Source: a virus | Taxonomy: Duplodnaviria; Caudoviricetes | Virus record (IMG/VR): IMGVR_UViG_3300024262_006261 | Coordinates: 1 to 55,999 of that record | Strand: one strand, 5' to 3' | DNA length: 55,999 bases | In this document: one piece after another, positions 35,958 through 46,324 of the stretch | Layout: each line of letters starts with the position of its first letter | How positions within the stretch are numbered: the stretch's first letter is position 1 | The notes under the pieces: model-generated | What the model was told of the DNA's origin: nothing | Databases searched by the model: none | Seen by the model: the letters and a program-made list of their open reading frames with translations, nothing else | Program-made: the position numbers and the translations under genes

Positions 35958-37142
35958 TTAATCTGTGCTAACATATACATATATCCACAATTCCAATCCA
36001 GTATCCTTATAAATCTCTGGGAATAGGGCTACATAGGTTATAGCCGACCCTTCATACAAAGCTAATTCTGTCACTCCTGATAATACGGTAGCAGCCGGTA
36101 TCCTAATAGTGTATAGAACTCCAGAAGCATAGCTTGTCGTATCCACAGTTATATCAGTTCCAGTCTCAACTATATTTTCTAAGTCCCACCCTACAGTATT
36201 CAAAGATGCTTCTGCTATTTCTAATCTCTCGGCCAATGTATAGCATTTATTACCTGTTCCTAACTTCCATGTATCTATATCAAATTGCTCTGTTCCCACA
36301 CCTTGATCAAAATACCATGTCTCTGCTGGATCATCAAAGTAAATATCAGCCCCTCCCTCATCTGCACGAGAATCAAAGTATATGATAGTCGTAGTAGGAT
36401 CACGCAATCTCCAAGTAACCCAACCCGATTCGACATTTTGAGTAATTCCACCTCCCTCTTGTCCAGAATCTAGCAACGAAGTAGACAATAATGTAGTACC
36501 ATTTATTATCAAACTCAACTGAATAATTCTCGTCGGAACTGTATGAGCAGGCCTTATCCTTTCTATATAATCAAATATATCTTCATTTTGAGAATCGGAC
36601 CAAAGATAAGGATAATCGGTAGAATCTTCGCCTTCATACACAACATCTAACGATACATTGAAACCAAAATGAGGACTCTTATAATATGTAGAATCTAGAC
36701 CAGGGGGATTCTCATCCTCACCTCCAACAAACCATTCTTTTGGAACAAAAGTTTCGTAGTCATCTGTATAAAGGTCATAAATATCTATTGTCTTTCCTAT
36801 AATACCAGCCACAATATTCATTGCTTGGTAGGTTCCCTTCATTTTATACCAATCAACAGCATTGGTTATTTCTCGGCGGGATTCTACCTCAGTTCTTGCA
36901 TCTGTATCCAACAATTTGACATCGACCAAGGTTGCTAGATGTTTAAGATACTCCTCCCTAACCTTGTAAGGATCTACAATAAGATTAAGGTCTTCTATGT
37001 CCTGTAACCAACCACCTACAAGCAGGCTGAGTTCCTCTACAAGCTGAACAAGAATAGGAGAATCTCTAAACTTCTCAGGAATATATTGGAGCAAGTCTAG
37101 GTCGTATTTCTTACTCAATATTATATCGAACTCTATACGCAT
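35958..37142 (-). CDS. baseplate wedge protein (P2 gpI/T4 gp7-like)
   Basis: 'YLKHLA', 'YKMKGT' and 'IRPAHT' motifs. Confidence 0.7.
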   Translation of the reverse strand: MRIEFDIILSKKYDLDLLQYIPEKFRDSPILVQLVEELSLLVGGWLQDIEDLNLIVDPYKVREEYLKHLATLVDVKLLDTDARTEVESRREITNAVDWYKMKGTYQAMNIVAGIIGKTIDIYDLYTDDYETFVPKEWFVGGEDENPPGLDSTYYKSPHFGFNVSLDVVYEGEDSTDYPYLWSDSQNEDIFDYIERIRPAHTVPTRIIQLSLIINGTTLLSTSLLDSGQEGGGITQNVESGWVTWRLRDPTTTIIYFDSRADEGGADIYFDDPAETWYFDQGVGTEQFDIDTWKLGTGNKCYTLAERLEIAEASLNTVGWDLENIVETGTDITVDTTSYASGVLYTIRIPAATVLSGVTELALYEGSAITYVALFPEIYKDTGLELWIYVYVSTD

Positions 37143-37143
37143 A

Positions 37144-37653
37144 TCACATAGCCTTAATCTTTATAGAAAACGTCAAATCTTCCCCATCTTGTATAGTAAT
37201 CGTGGTGGGTAGAGAAAGAAAACTCAATAAATAACCTACATCTGTCGCTGATGTAGCCATAAAAGCCTTATTCAAAGGTCCTATCAAACCTCCCGAAGCT
37301 GTTATAGTCATTTCCTTCGATGTTATTTGATAGTCCCCCTCGTTCAATTCCAAGGTAGGAAAACTGACTTCACTCCTGGGTAACTCTGCTCTAGCATATC
37401 CATTAACACCACTATCTGGTTCGTTTGGAATATGAACCAATTGTGAGTCTTCGTTTATCTCCCCATAGCAAAATCCTATATAGAAAGAAGTAGGAACATT
37501 GCTCCCTCTAAAAAAGGCATCCAGTACTATCATCTCCCCTTCGTTCACAAGAGCATTTCGCTTTGTTATCTCCCAAAGCACCTTCCCTTTACGTATTTGC
37601 TTGATATTCCAAATGCCTTCAAAAAATTTATGTTTGCCCATTATAATCTCCAT
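37144..37653 (-). CDS. putative baseplate/tail structural protein
   Basis: 'NALVNEG' and 'GYAR' motifs; baseplate context. Confidence 0.55.
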   Translation of the reverse strand: MEIIMGKHKFFEGIWNIKQIRKGKVLWEITKRNALVNEGEMIVLDAFFRGSNVPTSFYIGFCYGEINEDSQLVHIPNEPDSGVNGYARAELPRSEVSFPTLELNEGDYQITSKEMTITASGGLIGPLNKAFMATSATDVGYLLSFLSLPTTITIQDGEDLTFSIKIKAM

Positions 37654-37657
37654 TTTC

Positions 37658-39442
37658 TTAACTATCTAATGCAATAGAAGTCATATCTACCGTACTATTA
37701 TACATCCGACAAACCTGCCGATTAGATACTATTATATCTCCATCTTCGTCCTGTTGATAACGAACATAAACGGTATCCGATGGTGTAGAATCAAAGCTCA
37801 AAGTTATAACTCCAGTGGTATAATTAATTGTTCCTGTAAAATTATATGCAGCTTCCAACACAGTAAATGCTTCGGAGCCGTCATCTATACCAACCTGAGT
37901 ATCTCCTACATAAACCTTGACAGACTCTTCTAATACCTCTGTTGCCTCTAATGTATCGCTGTAACTGGTACCGGAACCATCTATTTCCTGTCTTATTTCT
38001 AGTGTCATGTGATGATATTTTACTGCAGACAAACTATCCACAACATCTACCAAATTAGAATGATACTTAGGTGTTCCTAATTTTGTGGTAGTTCCTAACT
38101 GAAATCTAGCCAATAAAGCTGCAATGATATTAGCTTGGGTTTCTGTTAGGGATTCTCCTTGGTTAACCACTACCTCTAATACTGGAACGATATCCAAAAT
38201 TACAGGGTCTATAAACTCATATTTGACTGTGATAACAGATTGATTATATAGAGCAGTAGCTATTTCTCCCTCCCTTGTTGTAGTCAAGCCTTCCCAACTC
38301 TTCCTTAAGATACATAATCTAACAGTATTGAACAAATCATAGTTAGGAGGAGACTCTTCATTTTCTCCCCAAACATTAGCATTAGCTACATCGCTCATAT
38401 TTTCTAAGATAGCTATAAAATCATTTCTTGTTACTGCTCTATCTCCTGTAGCAAAGACTCTAGGAGCTTCTGATTTAATTTCTTCTATACTCTCTTCGGA
38501 ATCGCCGCCTTCAAACCCAAAAATAGTAGTATCATCACTATCCGAATCGTCTTCTGGATTGGTTACAGATATATTAGTAACCACATCTGTATTAGCATCG
38601 AATATAGTAGATTCTATCGTTGTTATCTTATCGGGTAGGAATATATTACCTTTCTCTCCTACAGTCTTAACATAGGTTATCCTTATCTTGGAATTAAGAG
38701 GAGGGGCCTTACCCTGCGTTCCGTTGCCAAATCGTAAGGTTAAAGAATTATCTAACTCCTGTATCAATGTAAAGTGTTCGTCGTCGGTCTCAGAAGCAAT
38801 AAAAGACGATACCTTCTCCCATTCATCCCAATTCCCCTCAGGATTATCAACATCTCTTATCTCGTCTATTTCTACCTGGAATATGTCGTTTTCCGTATCT
38901 GTATCAGAAATAAAATATACCTGATTAGCAGCACCATTAGACGTGATTTCTTTTACAACCATCTTTCCTTGTATTGCTTTGAGGTCTACACTTGTATCAC
39001 CTACAGCAATAGCCCCTCCTCCTCTAATCACACCGGGTCTTTCCGGATCAGTACTCTTTTCACCCACAAAGTATTCTGTCCCATCCGACGAAGAACATAT
39101 CACACCTATAGGGATACCCACACTAACAGAAGACTTCGTTGCTATAGTAAATCTTAGTGTGCCTGTAGCAGACGTCTTTCTCTTGACTGAATAATTTATG
39201 AGTTTGACTAAATTGACAACACTAGAATAATTTTGTGCTGTGTCTAGATAGCATTCTTCCGCTCTTCTCTCTAAATAATAAAGAACAAGATTAGCCACGA
39301 ATGCGTAAAATTCGATAAGCATCTCTCCCGTAGAAGAAACGTAAGCATCTTTCCATGCATCCCTTAATTTAAGTCTATCTTGTAACTGCGATACAAGATT
39401 ATCAAAATCGTAATCTGTATAATTAAGCAAATTGGTAGCCAT
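37658..39442 (-). CDS. baseplate wedge subunit (T4 gp6 / baseplate J-like)
   Basis: 'YTDYDFD', 'FGNGTQGK.P', 'GGDSEESIEEIK' and 'RAVT..DF'. Confidence 0.85.
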   Translation of the reverse strand: MATNLLNYTDYDFDNLVSQLQDRLKLRDAWKDAYVSSTGEMLIEFYAFVANLVLYYLERRAEECYLDTAQNYSSVVNLVKLINYSVKRKTSATGTLRFTIATKSSVSVGIPIGVICSSSDGTEYFVGEKSTDPERPGVIRGGGAIAVGDTSVDLKAIQGKMVVKEITSNGAANQVYFISDTDTENDIFQVEIDEIRDVDNPEGNWDEWEKVSSFIASETDDEHFTLIQELDNSLTLRFGNGTQGKAPPLNSKIRITYVKTVGEKGNIFLPDKITTIESTIFDANTDVVTNISVTNPEDDSDSDDTTIFGFEGGDSEESIEEIKSEAPRVFATGDRAVTRNDFIAILENMSDVANANVWGENEESPPNYDLFNTVRLCILRKSWEGLTTTREGEIATALYNQSVITVKYEFIDPVILDIVPVLEVVVNQGESLTETQANIIAALLARFQLGTTTKLGTPKYHSNLVDVVDSLSAVKYHHMTLEIRQEIDGSGTSYSDTLEATEVLEESVKVYVGDTQVGIDDGSEAFTVLEAAYNFTGTINYTTGVITLSFDSTPSDTVYVRYQQDEDGDIIVSNRQVCRMYNSTVDMTSIALDS

Positions 39443-39864
39443 TATTGCACTCCTGAGGCGAATACTGAATTATGCTGAAATATTTGGTCATATCCTCTAA
39501 TAGAAAAAGATACCGTAATATTTACCTGATGCCGTTCCGGCATTCTTGTTATATCTATTCCATTAACTATAACTCTATCATCATAACGAGTTATCTTTGT
39601 CATACATTCTTCCCTAATTAAATCTTCTAAATCCTCCGATAAGGGATTGAATACCAATCGTTGTATATGAGAAGCAAAACCAGGTCTCATCACCCTTTCC
39701 ATTGGATACGTTCTAAGTATATTATCTATAGAAGTCCGAACAGCCTCTACATTTATCACCTTCTTTATACCACCCTCTTTATCGGGTATTAGCTCGTGGT
39801 GCAAATCGCTCCACACCTCTCCCACAGTTCTATATATACCTTCTACATGCTTTTGTCTTTGCAT
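39442..39864 (-). CDS. baseplate wedge / sheath initiator (T4 gp25-like)
   Basis: 'SIDNILRT..MERVMRPGF' and 'YDDRV'. Confidence 0.85.
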   Translation of the reverse strand: MQRQKHVEGIYRTVGEVWSDLHHELIPDKEGGIKKVINVEAVRTSIDNILRTYPMERVMRPGFASHIQRLVFNPLSEDLEDLIREECMTKITRYDDRVIVNGIDITRMPERHQVNITVSFSIRGYDQIFQHNSVFASGVQ

Positions 39865-39867
39865 AAT

Positions 39868-40149
39868 TTATTCCGCCGAGACCGAGCGTCCTGTTGCCAA
39901 AATTGTAGCTCCACAAGAGGTCCTGGCTCCTTCTGTAATTATCAATTTACCATTAATGAAACTCTTTGTTGTAACAGCAGTACTAACAATTTTACTACCG
40001 TGTTCACTACAATGATAAGAAGCTCCCACAACAGCTATCTCTACCCCTTCAGCCTTTACCGAGCCGTCCTGTCCTGAACCCGTTATGGTTCCAGGATGAG
40101 AAGAACCATGTTTTCCAACATCTCCAACACATGCTACACTCTTTGTCAT
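39868..40149 (-). CDS. PAAR-like spike tip protein
   Basis: 'ACVGD', 'HPG', 'CSEHG' and 'SCGA' metal-binding pattern next to the spike gene. Confidence 0.75.
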   Translation of the reverse strand: MTKSVACVGDVGKHGSSHPGTITGSGQDGSVKAEGVEIAVVGASYHCSEHGSKIVSTAVTTKSFINGKLIITEGARTSCGATILATGRSVSAE

Positions 40150-40169
40150 AATTTCCTCTTTACTAATCC

Positions 40170-40661
40170 TTATGGATTAATACTTACAGAACCACCACTA
40201 ATTATTATCTCTCCTGAAGAGCTCATTCTAATATACGATCCACTAGGATGTTCTACAAGCACTAATTCAGAACCATTTGTATCATCTATGGTTATTTCTA
40301 TACCGTTCTCAGTCTTCCAAACCTTCCTATTTGGATAATTTGTAGATACTCCGGAAGGAATACCATAAGTCTTTGTTTGAGCTTCTGCAAAATATACAGG
40401 CTGGTAAACATCCCCAGCCTCGAAAAATACAAATACAAATGAGCCTTCTTTAGGTATAGCCAAAGCTCCAAACCCATCTCCAGCCCCATCAAATAAAGGC
40501 ATTGCAGGAACTGCCCAAGGTAGATATTCAGTATCTATACCGTCAAACATAGGATAGACTTTTACTCGTATCCGGCCCTGTTTCAATGGATCTTCATTAT
40601 CCATAACCAATCCACGGTATATGCCGTGATACTTCAAACTGGTTTTGTTAAAACTTATCAT
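40170..40661 (-). CDS. baseplate spike (gp5/gpV OB-fold)
   Basis: 'YRGLV.DNEDPLKQGRIRV', 'PWA' and 'VFVFFEAGD'. Confidence 0.85.
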   Translation of the reverse strand: MISFNKTSLKYHGIYRGLVMDNEDPLKQGRIRVKVYPMFDGIDTEYLPWAVPAMPLFDGAGDGFGALAIPKEGSFVFVFFEAGDVYQPVYFAEAQTKTYGIPSGVSTNYPNRKVWKTENGIEITIDDTNGSELVLVEHPSGSYIRMSSSGEIIISGGSVSINP

Positions 40662-40677
40662 AACATAATCTCAAAAC

Positions 40678-40715
40678 GTAGCTTGCGAGCCTACATCTAT
40701 CAACCCGCAAGCTAC
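40678..40715 (-). promoter_or_regulatory. intergenic hairpin (attenuator or processing site candidate)
   Basis: GTAGCTTGCG / CGCAAGCTAC perfect 10-bp stem, followed by GTTTT on the minus strand. Confidence 0.45.
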
Positions 40716-40751
40716 TAGGAGGAGGAGAATAAAAAATCATTTAAATTATAA

Positions 40752-42059
40752 TCATGTCAAACCTGGGATATCTATCCCATCTGTATCTCCTATAACCCTA
40801 CCCACACTGGACTCTCCTAACGATTGAATAGGTGCCCCTTTCGCTGGAACATCCTGAGCATTTCTCTTAACAAAATTAGCAGCGGCGTACAGAGTGTTTC
40901 TTGCATCCGTATCGACACCAGAACGAATCAATAATAATCTCGTTAGGAACTCTCCACCAAAGGCATGAATAACTCTTTTAATCATCCAATAGCCATTGTA
41001 AGGCATCCCCGTCACACTACTTTCATTTATACTTTGTGGAAAAAAAACTAGAACAATATCTCCTGGTTGAGCCCCTGGTAGTCCTCTAGATGTTATCCAC
41101 AATTGGACCAGATTAGTCGTCCTTTCATAATACTCTCTTCCTACCCTCCCTTTGAAATCAGAGGAAAAACTATTACCCCGTCCTAATGTATAAAATGCTG
41201 TATCGTCTACTTCTCCTTGGATATCCTTATCTTCTAATAAAAAGTATTGGCTCAATGATGGATATGCGTCTATACTTATCGAAGAATCATTGACATACCC
41301 ATCATTGTCATAATCAAAATATCCATAGTTCTGCGACTTTCCTCCAAACATCCCTAGCACCTGCATATTATTATAAATTTTATAATCCAAAATAGGCTCT
41401 ACATTTTTTATTGGGACGTCTCCATGTACAAAGGTGTACTTGGTTTCTTCCATGACAAAGTCGTGCAAGGACCTAAATACAAAAACAGACTTTCCAAGAT
41501 TCCTTTCTATGAAGCAAGAATAATAAAACTCCCAGAGTAGAAATCCCTTGATATTTCTCTTCAAATATCTCAACAAATCGATATTAGACCAAGCAGGTTG
41601 TATCAATGTTTTTCTAATTTCTTCTAGAGTAGGCGACACCTCTGTGCTATCTACATTGAACTCATCATTAGCAATATCTTCCAAAATAGTCTTTACTGAA
41701 CCGTTAAACCCCCGAGACTTCAACGGAGAAAATAAATTATCTACCTTTAGATAACCAGTAACTCTATATGCATTATCATCAGGAAAACTTCTGTACAATT
41801 CAAAATCATAGGTATTATATTCTGAAGCAGAAAGGTCCCTTGCCATTTCCAATCTAATATCATTTAATCGTCTATCAGGAGGTATAGACTGATGAACCAA
41901 ACCGTGTTCGCTCTTCAAGGTGAGATCTAATATAGGAACAAAATAATCTAGATCCGAGGTTATCGTACAACCTAAGAGTATATCTGGAGAATGAACTACT
42001 TCTGTATCGTCTCCAAATACAATTCGCAATACATAACTATCTCTAAGTTCTACAGCCAT
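40752..42059 (-). CDS. putative baseplate hub (gp27/gpD-like)
   Basis: Position before the spike; 'GLPGAQPGD' and 'NGYWMIKRVIH' patterns. Confidence 0.65.
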   Translation of the reverse strand: MAVELRDSYVLRIVFGDDTEVVHSPDILLGCTITSDLDYFVPILDLTLKSEHGLVHQSIPPDRRLNDIRLEMARDLSASEYNTYDFELYRSFPDDNAYRVTGYLKVDNLFSPLKSRGFNGSVKTILEDIANDEFNVDSTEVSPTLEEIRKTLIQPAWSNIDLLRYLKRNIKGFLLWEFYYSCFIERNLGKSVFVFRSLHDFVMEETKYTFVHGDVPIKNVEPILDYKIYNNMQVLGMFGGKSQNYGYFDYDNDGYVNDSSISIDAYPSLSQYFLLEDKDIQGEVDDTAFYTLGRGNSFSSDFKGRVGREYYERTTNLVQLWITSRGLPGAQPGDIVLVFFPQSINESSVTGMPYNGYWMIKRVIHAFGGEFLTRLLLIRSGVDTDARNTLYAAANFVKRNAQDVPAKGAPIQSLGESSVGRVIGDTDGIDIPGLT

Positions 42060-42364
42060 TATCTATACATATATGTCCTATAAAAATCATAAACATCCAA
42101 AAGGTTGACTATGGTTACTATTCTTCCTATAGTCAAATCAAAAAACGGGTCTTCTATTCCACTTACCAAGCAAATTATCCACCAGTAGTTTACAGTATTA
42201 TAATTCTTGTAGCTAATAATATCCGGTCTTTTTCTATCAATAGAATTCAATCGATAGTAACTGGGGGTTCGTGTTATACTGAGTTTGGTTAGATTATTGT
42301 CTAAAAAATCTAACTCAGCAGTTCCGTCTACCTTTACTTTCTTAAAAAATTTGGTTCTATTCAT
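42059..42364 (-). CDS. baseplate wedge protein (T4 gp53-like)
   Basis: 'RPDIISYKNY...YWWII...DPF'. Confidence 0.8.
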   Translation of the reverse strand: MNRTKFFKKVKVDGTAELDFLDNNLTKLSITRTPSYYRLNSIDRKRPDIISYKNYNTVNYWWIICLVSGIEDPFFDLTIGRIVTIVNLLDVYDFYRTYMYR

Positions 42365-42368
42365 AATT

Positions 42369-43214
42369 CTAATATGCCGAACGAGGGCCCTCTATATATT
42401 CTCCCATTTTAGACTCCCAATCCTTAGAAACACGACTAGACGGTTCTACTTTTGCCTCCTCTTTTTTTACCCTCTTCCTTCGAAAGACATTATTATAAAT
42501 ACTATACAACTCGTCTTTTGTAACAATTTGGTATGTCTCAAATTGAAGATCGATAGAAGAACTAATAGGTTTACCTCTAGTCGTAAATTTAGGTGCATAT
42601 CTCACAGCAGCTTCTTTTACCACCACACTTTCAAATGTCAAAAAGTTTCCTATTTTGATTGTGATAATCTCTCTCCCACCAAGATTAAACGGACTGGGCC
42701 CTGGCGGATACATCTTATATAATTTATCACCCGTCCCAAATCCTTTAACCACTAATTTGCTCAACCAATTACCTCCCTCAAAAAGAACCCCTCTACCAGG
42801 AAGAACCAACTGTTGAAGAGCCAGTGTAGGTTTTACCACTTCTTCTATCTCATCATCTTCTGCTTCAAATTTTAGATTCAAATTGATTGTTATAGGAGAA
42901 GTACCCTGCCATAATCTTCTAGATCCCCAAGCAAAAACAGTAGAAGCTCCCCAAACTTCCTGAATAGCAGCTTCCACCTTTCCTCCAAAGAAAGAACTTC
43001 GACCAACAGGCTCCCAACGACTGCTAACCCTCATCTGTATGTCCTCTTGCATTACAGCTTTTACAATCAATATATTCTCATAACTTCTATCATGACTACG
43101 AATAGTTACAATGTAAGGATTTCCTACACGATCTCCCTTATATCCTAATACGATCATAGGAGGGGCCATTTCTAAGGAGTAATGATCGACTTCATAAGGT
43201 GCTTTTATGCTCAT
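42369..43214 (-). CDS. putative tail tube initiator / baseplate-tube junction protein
   Basis: Position and tube-like 'IKIGN' and 'P.....IDLQFET' patterns. Confidence 0.5.
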   Translation of the reverse strand: MSIKAPYEVDHYSLEMAPPMIVLGYKGDRVGNPYIVTIRSHDRSYENILIVKAVMQEDIQMRVSSRWEPVGRSSFFGGKVEAAIQEVWGASTVFAWGSRRLWQGTSPITINLNLKFEAEDDEIEEVVKPTLALQQLVLPGRGVLFEGGNWLSKLVVKGFGTGDKLYKMYPPGPSPFNLGGREIITIKIGNFLTFESVVVKEAAVRYAPKFTTRGKPISSSIDLQFETYQIVTKDELYSIYNNVFRRKRVKKEEAKVEPSSRVSKDWESKMGEYIEGPRSAY

Positions 43215-43222
43215 AATTTCTC

Positions 43223-44863
43223 CTATTCGGTTCCCACTGCCAAACCTGAACTTACCTCTATTCTTAATATATCATCAAGACCCTTAAAGAAATATTCTTG
43301 AGGTGTTGTCGGTACTGCTATATTACGAGATTTCATAAGTTCCTCTCTTATCTTAGACAATTCCTGACTAGGTTTTTCCATTAGACGTTCTATATCCTTT
43401 ATCATATCAAAGGTTGGAATTTGAGATATAGGTACAATTTCACCAGTAGGAAGTACGACAGAGCCTTTTCTCACTTCAAGAAACGAATCTTCCCCACCAA
43501 CGGTCTCAGGACGCTCTCTTCCTCCGGGAACAAATGTCCAAGCAGGCCTCTTCTCCCATTTCTTAACCGCCCCTGGATGTCTTTCCCCTGCCAAACGTAT
43601 TGCTCTAGCCTTATACGCTTCTTCTTCACTTAATATAGCTTCCTCTGGTAAGAAACCTGTCTCTGTCTTCCCTAAAAAAACATTTTTAAAGGCATTAGCC
43701 AGTATCGTACTAAGGTCTGTATGCTTGTCTATCCAACTACCCAACTTCCAACCAAGACCAGCAGCAAGCGATATAGCCACTCCTTTCCCCAAAACACCAA
43801 CAATAGGCCCTCCTTTCCCTAACAATCCACTTATCTTCCCAAGAGTCGTTTTAATCCCAATCCATACCAATACAGCCCCTCCCAAACTTTCCAACGATTC
43901 AAGAGCTTTTCCTCCTAACCCCATAGTTACCTCTGTACCCTCCACACCTCCTATAGTCTTTCCCTTTAATAATCTAAGAACATCTCTCGTCCATTTAGCT
44001 TTGTGTGCTAGATGATGGAAAAAATACCACATAGGCATTGCTTCATATCTTAAATCCCTCTTACCATAAGCCCCTCCACGAGCAACTGGAGTCTGTATTC
44101 CAGGAAGACCTGTAATAGGAGCCGCAGCAGGAGGAATGGTTGCAAGAGTCGCCGCAGGAGGTACTCCCAAACCTACCTCTCCCCTACCCACACCATAACC
44201 AGGAAGAGCTTCTTCAAATAAGGTCCTCTTTCGAATACGAGAACCCTCTGAGATTCCGCGGACAATTCCCCCAAAAGTAGCACCAACTCCTGCAAGTGCT
44301 GTTGTGGTGCCATATCCTAATGATCTATAATATGCTCGCTTAGCAGTAGACACACCTATCTGCCAAAAAGGAGCCCCCAAAGCTCTCATCCATCCCCTAT
44401 GCCCTGGTCCCTTTTTAGTTCTAACACCCTTAAGATATCCAGAGACCGTTTCATGTGCTGATTTAAGATCTTCTGTAGTCGTATCTAGACTTTCTTGAGC
44501 TTTTACCATCCTTTCTCGCAAGTCTGCATAATCATCTGCTAATTCACTGAGTTGGTTTATTTGTGGATTTATTCTCTCCATAGCTGAGAATAGCTTATCT
44601 AACTCTTCTTTTTTAGCCCGCCGACCAGCACTTGACGCAACCCTTCCTATCAACCCTATGACAATTAAAAGATTTTTCTTTAACTCCCCTAGAAGTTTTC
44701 CTGCATCTGTGTTGGAAGGAAAAGATTGCTCTAATTGTTCGACAAAAGGCAAATGAACTGTCTTGTACAATGCCTTAACATTTAGCAGGTCATTTATCGT
44801 TAGATTGTCTAACGCTCTCATACCTTCCTTCAAATACCTTTTTTGCCATTTATATTCTTCCAT
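43223..44863 (-). CDS. putative tape measure protein
   Basis: Helical N-terminus and Gly/Ala-rich hydrophobic segments; lies after the chaperone genes. Confidence 0.5.
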   Translation of the reverse strand: MEEYKWQKRYLKEGMRALDNLTINDLLNVKALYKTVHLPFVEQLEQSFPSNTDAGKLLGELKKNLLIVIGLIGRVASSAGRRAKKEELDKLFSAMERINPQINQLSELADDYADLRERMVKAQESLDTTTEDLKSAHETVSGYLKGVRTKKGPGHRGWMRALGAPFWQIGVSTAKRAYYRSLGYGTTTALAGVGATFGGIVRGISEGSRIRKRTLFEEALPGYGVGRGEVGLGVPPAATLATIPPAAAPITGLPGIQTPVARGGAYGKRDLRYEAMPMWYFFHHLAHKAKWTRDVLRLLKGKTIGGVEGTEVTMGLGGKALESLESLGGAVLVWIGIKTTLGKISGLLGKGGPIVGVLGKGVAISLAAGLGWKLGSWIDKHTDLSTILANAFKNVFLGKTETGFLPEEAILSEEEAYKARAIRLAGERHPGAVKKWEKRPAWTFVPGGRERPETVGGEDSFLEVRKGSVVLPTGEIVPISQIPTFDMIKDIERLMEKPSQELSKIREELMKSRNIAVPTTPQEYFFKGLDDILRIEVSSGLAVGTE

Positions 44864-45031
44864 TTATTTCTTCTTATATAAAGAGTTGTATGACTCATGC
44901 TCTTTCTTTTTTCTTTCTACCAACTTAGAATACATCCAATTTATCTTACAAATAGAACTATTGAGTACATCTTCCAACGACATAGATGTATTATAAGTCA
45001 ACTCAAATTGTATCTCCCATAATTCTTGCAA
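44864..45031 (-). CDS. small tail/baseplate assembly protein (T4 gp51-like); start uncertain
   Basis: 'EIQFELTY...SLEDV...INWMYSKL' pattern; possible TTG start with AAGGT upstream. Confidence 0.5.
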   Translation of the reverse strand: MQELWEIQFELTYNTSMSLEDVLNSSICKINWMYSKLVERKKKEHESYNSLYKKK

Positions 45032-45731
45032 GGGCCGGACCTTGTGGAACAAGAATGTCCAAGAGGCAAAAGGGTAAGGAAATCTCACCCTCCTTCCCGC
45101 ATTTAGAACAAATATAAGGTGCTTCTAACTGAGGTCCGTGATAAAACCGTTCATGAAATGCTCTTACCTTTGCCACATCGATAGCAGGAAGATTGGATAA
45201 AAACAGCATTCGTTTCATTGCATCCAATTCGGGATCTACGATACTTGCTGCATACCTATAGAGCCAAGATGAACCAGTAGAATTCTTGGTAAAATTAATA
45301 ATGTCTATTTCATCCTGCACCCGTAGCAATCTAAGTTTTATCTTATTCCCTGAAGATAAGGCTACTTCATAAGGCTCATTGTAATCTTCCGGCAAGTCTA
45401 TAATTTCCAATTCGCCCAAATCTATATCTGCTACAATATTACTACCGCAAAATTCACAGGTGTTTTCTACAGCAGTTAGATTAGAATAAGAATTGATGAC
45501 TTCCCATATCAATATAAATAAGTGATCTCCTGAAGTCAACTGCTCTATTTCCACACCTCTTACCACCTCTTTAAGAACAGCAGGAAGTTTTCGTTCAAAG
45601 TTCTCCGCAGACAATTGAGCGAGTATTTCTTCCTCCTTTCCTAAAAGAGGTCTTAATTGAACATCTTCGGGTTTAATTCCTTCGTATAATTTACACCCAG
45701 ACGGTAAATTAACCTGTACAAACTCTGACAT
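45003..45731 (-). CDS. baseplate hub assembly chaperone (T4 gp26-like)
   Basis: 'LPSG', 'RPL..KEEEIL', two CxxC pairs and 'LRLLRV.DE'. Confidence 0.75.
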   Translation of the reverse strand: MSEFVQVNLPSGCKLYEGIKPEDVQLRPLLGKEEEILAQLSAENFERKLPAVLKEVVRGVEIEQLTSGDHLFILIWEVINSYSNLTAVENTCEFCGSNIVADIDLGELEIIDLPEDYNEPYEVALSSGNKIKLRLLRVQDEIDIINFTKNSTGSSWLYRYAASIVDPELDAMKRMLFLSNLPAIDVAKVRAFHERFYHGPQLEAPYICSKCGKEGEISLPFCLLDILVPQGPALARIMGDTI

Positions 45732-45742
45732 AACTACTCTCC

Positions 45743-45898
45743 TTAATCATTCATATATGTAAGCCAACGAACTATTCCTTGAAAAGTTTTTACCAAAACA
45801 TACCCCAAACCATACCCCAGCCCTCCTAATATTAAAAAAGCCACAATAGGACCAACGATTGTCATAAATAACAAAAATACCCCAAAAGCCATATCCAT
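45743..45898 (-). CDS. small membrane protein (51 aa, not in the ORF track)
   Basis: MDMAFGVFLLFMTIVGPIVAFLILGGLGYGLGYVLVKTFQGIVRWLTYMND with strong GAGGAG RBS. Confidence 0.7.
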   Translation of the reverse strand: MDMAFGVFLLFMTIVGPIVAFLILGGLGYGLGYVLVKTFQGIVRWLTYMND

Positions 45899-45924
45899 AT
45901 CTCTACTCTCCTCAATTCAAAAAA

Positions 45925-46074
45925 TTAGTATTCATTTATCAACCATTTCACCAAACTAACCACTCCATAAACACTCAAAGAAAATGCCACAATACCCACA
46001 ATGGGGTGAATCCATCCTGCCAACAGTATAAAAGGAATTACAATAAACAACAAAATACCCGCTACAATCTCCAT
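45925..46074 (-). CDS. small membrane protein (49 aa, not in the ORF track)
   Basis: MEIVAGILLFIVIPFILLAGWIHPIVGIVAFSLSVYGVVSLVKWLINEY; same 21-nt RBS/start block as its neighbour. Confidence 0.7.
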   Translation of the reverse strand: MEIVAGILLFIVIPFILLAGWIHPIVGIVAFSLSVYGVVSLVKWLINEY

Positions 46075-46324
46075 ATCTCTACTCTCCTCAGCTTGGTATC
46101 ATTAAACTCCATATCTTATTATCGTCCTTTTTGTTCATAATATGAAGACTTTTTTCATTCTATTATCTCTATAGCATTTCTTCTATTCTCATCTCCAAAA
46201 ACCCTATATTCTTTCTCATCTCTACTTTATACAGGACTGTACGTGCTATTTAATTATCTTGATTTAGCAGAGAAAACAGAATAAAAAAATAAATTCAGAT
46301 TTTTCTAAAAACCAAAAAACACAT

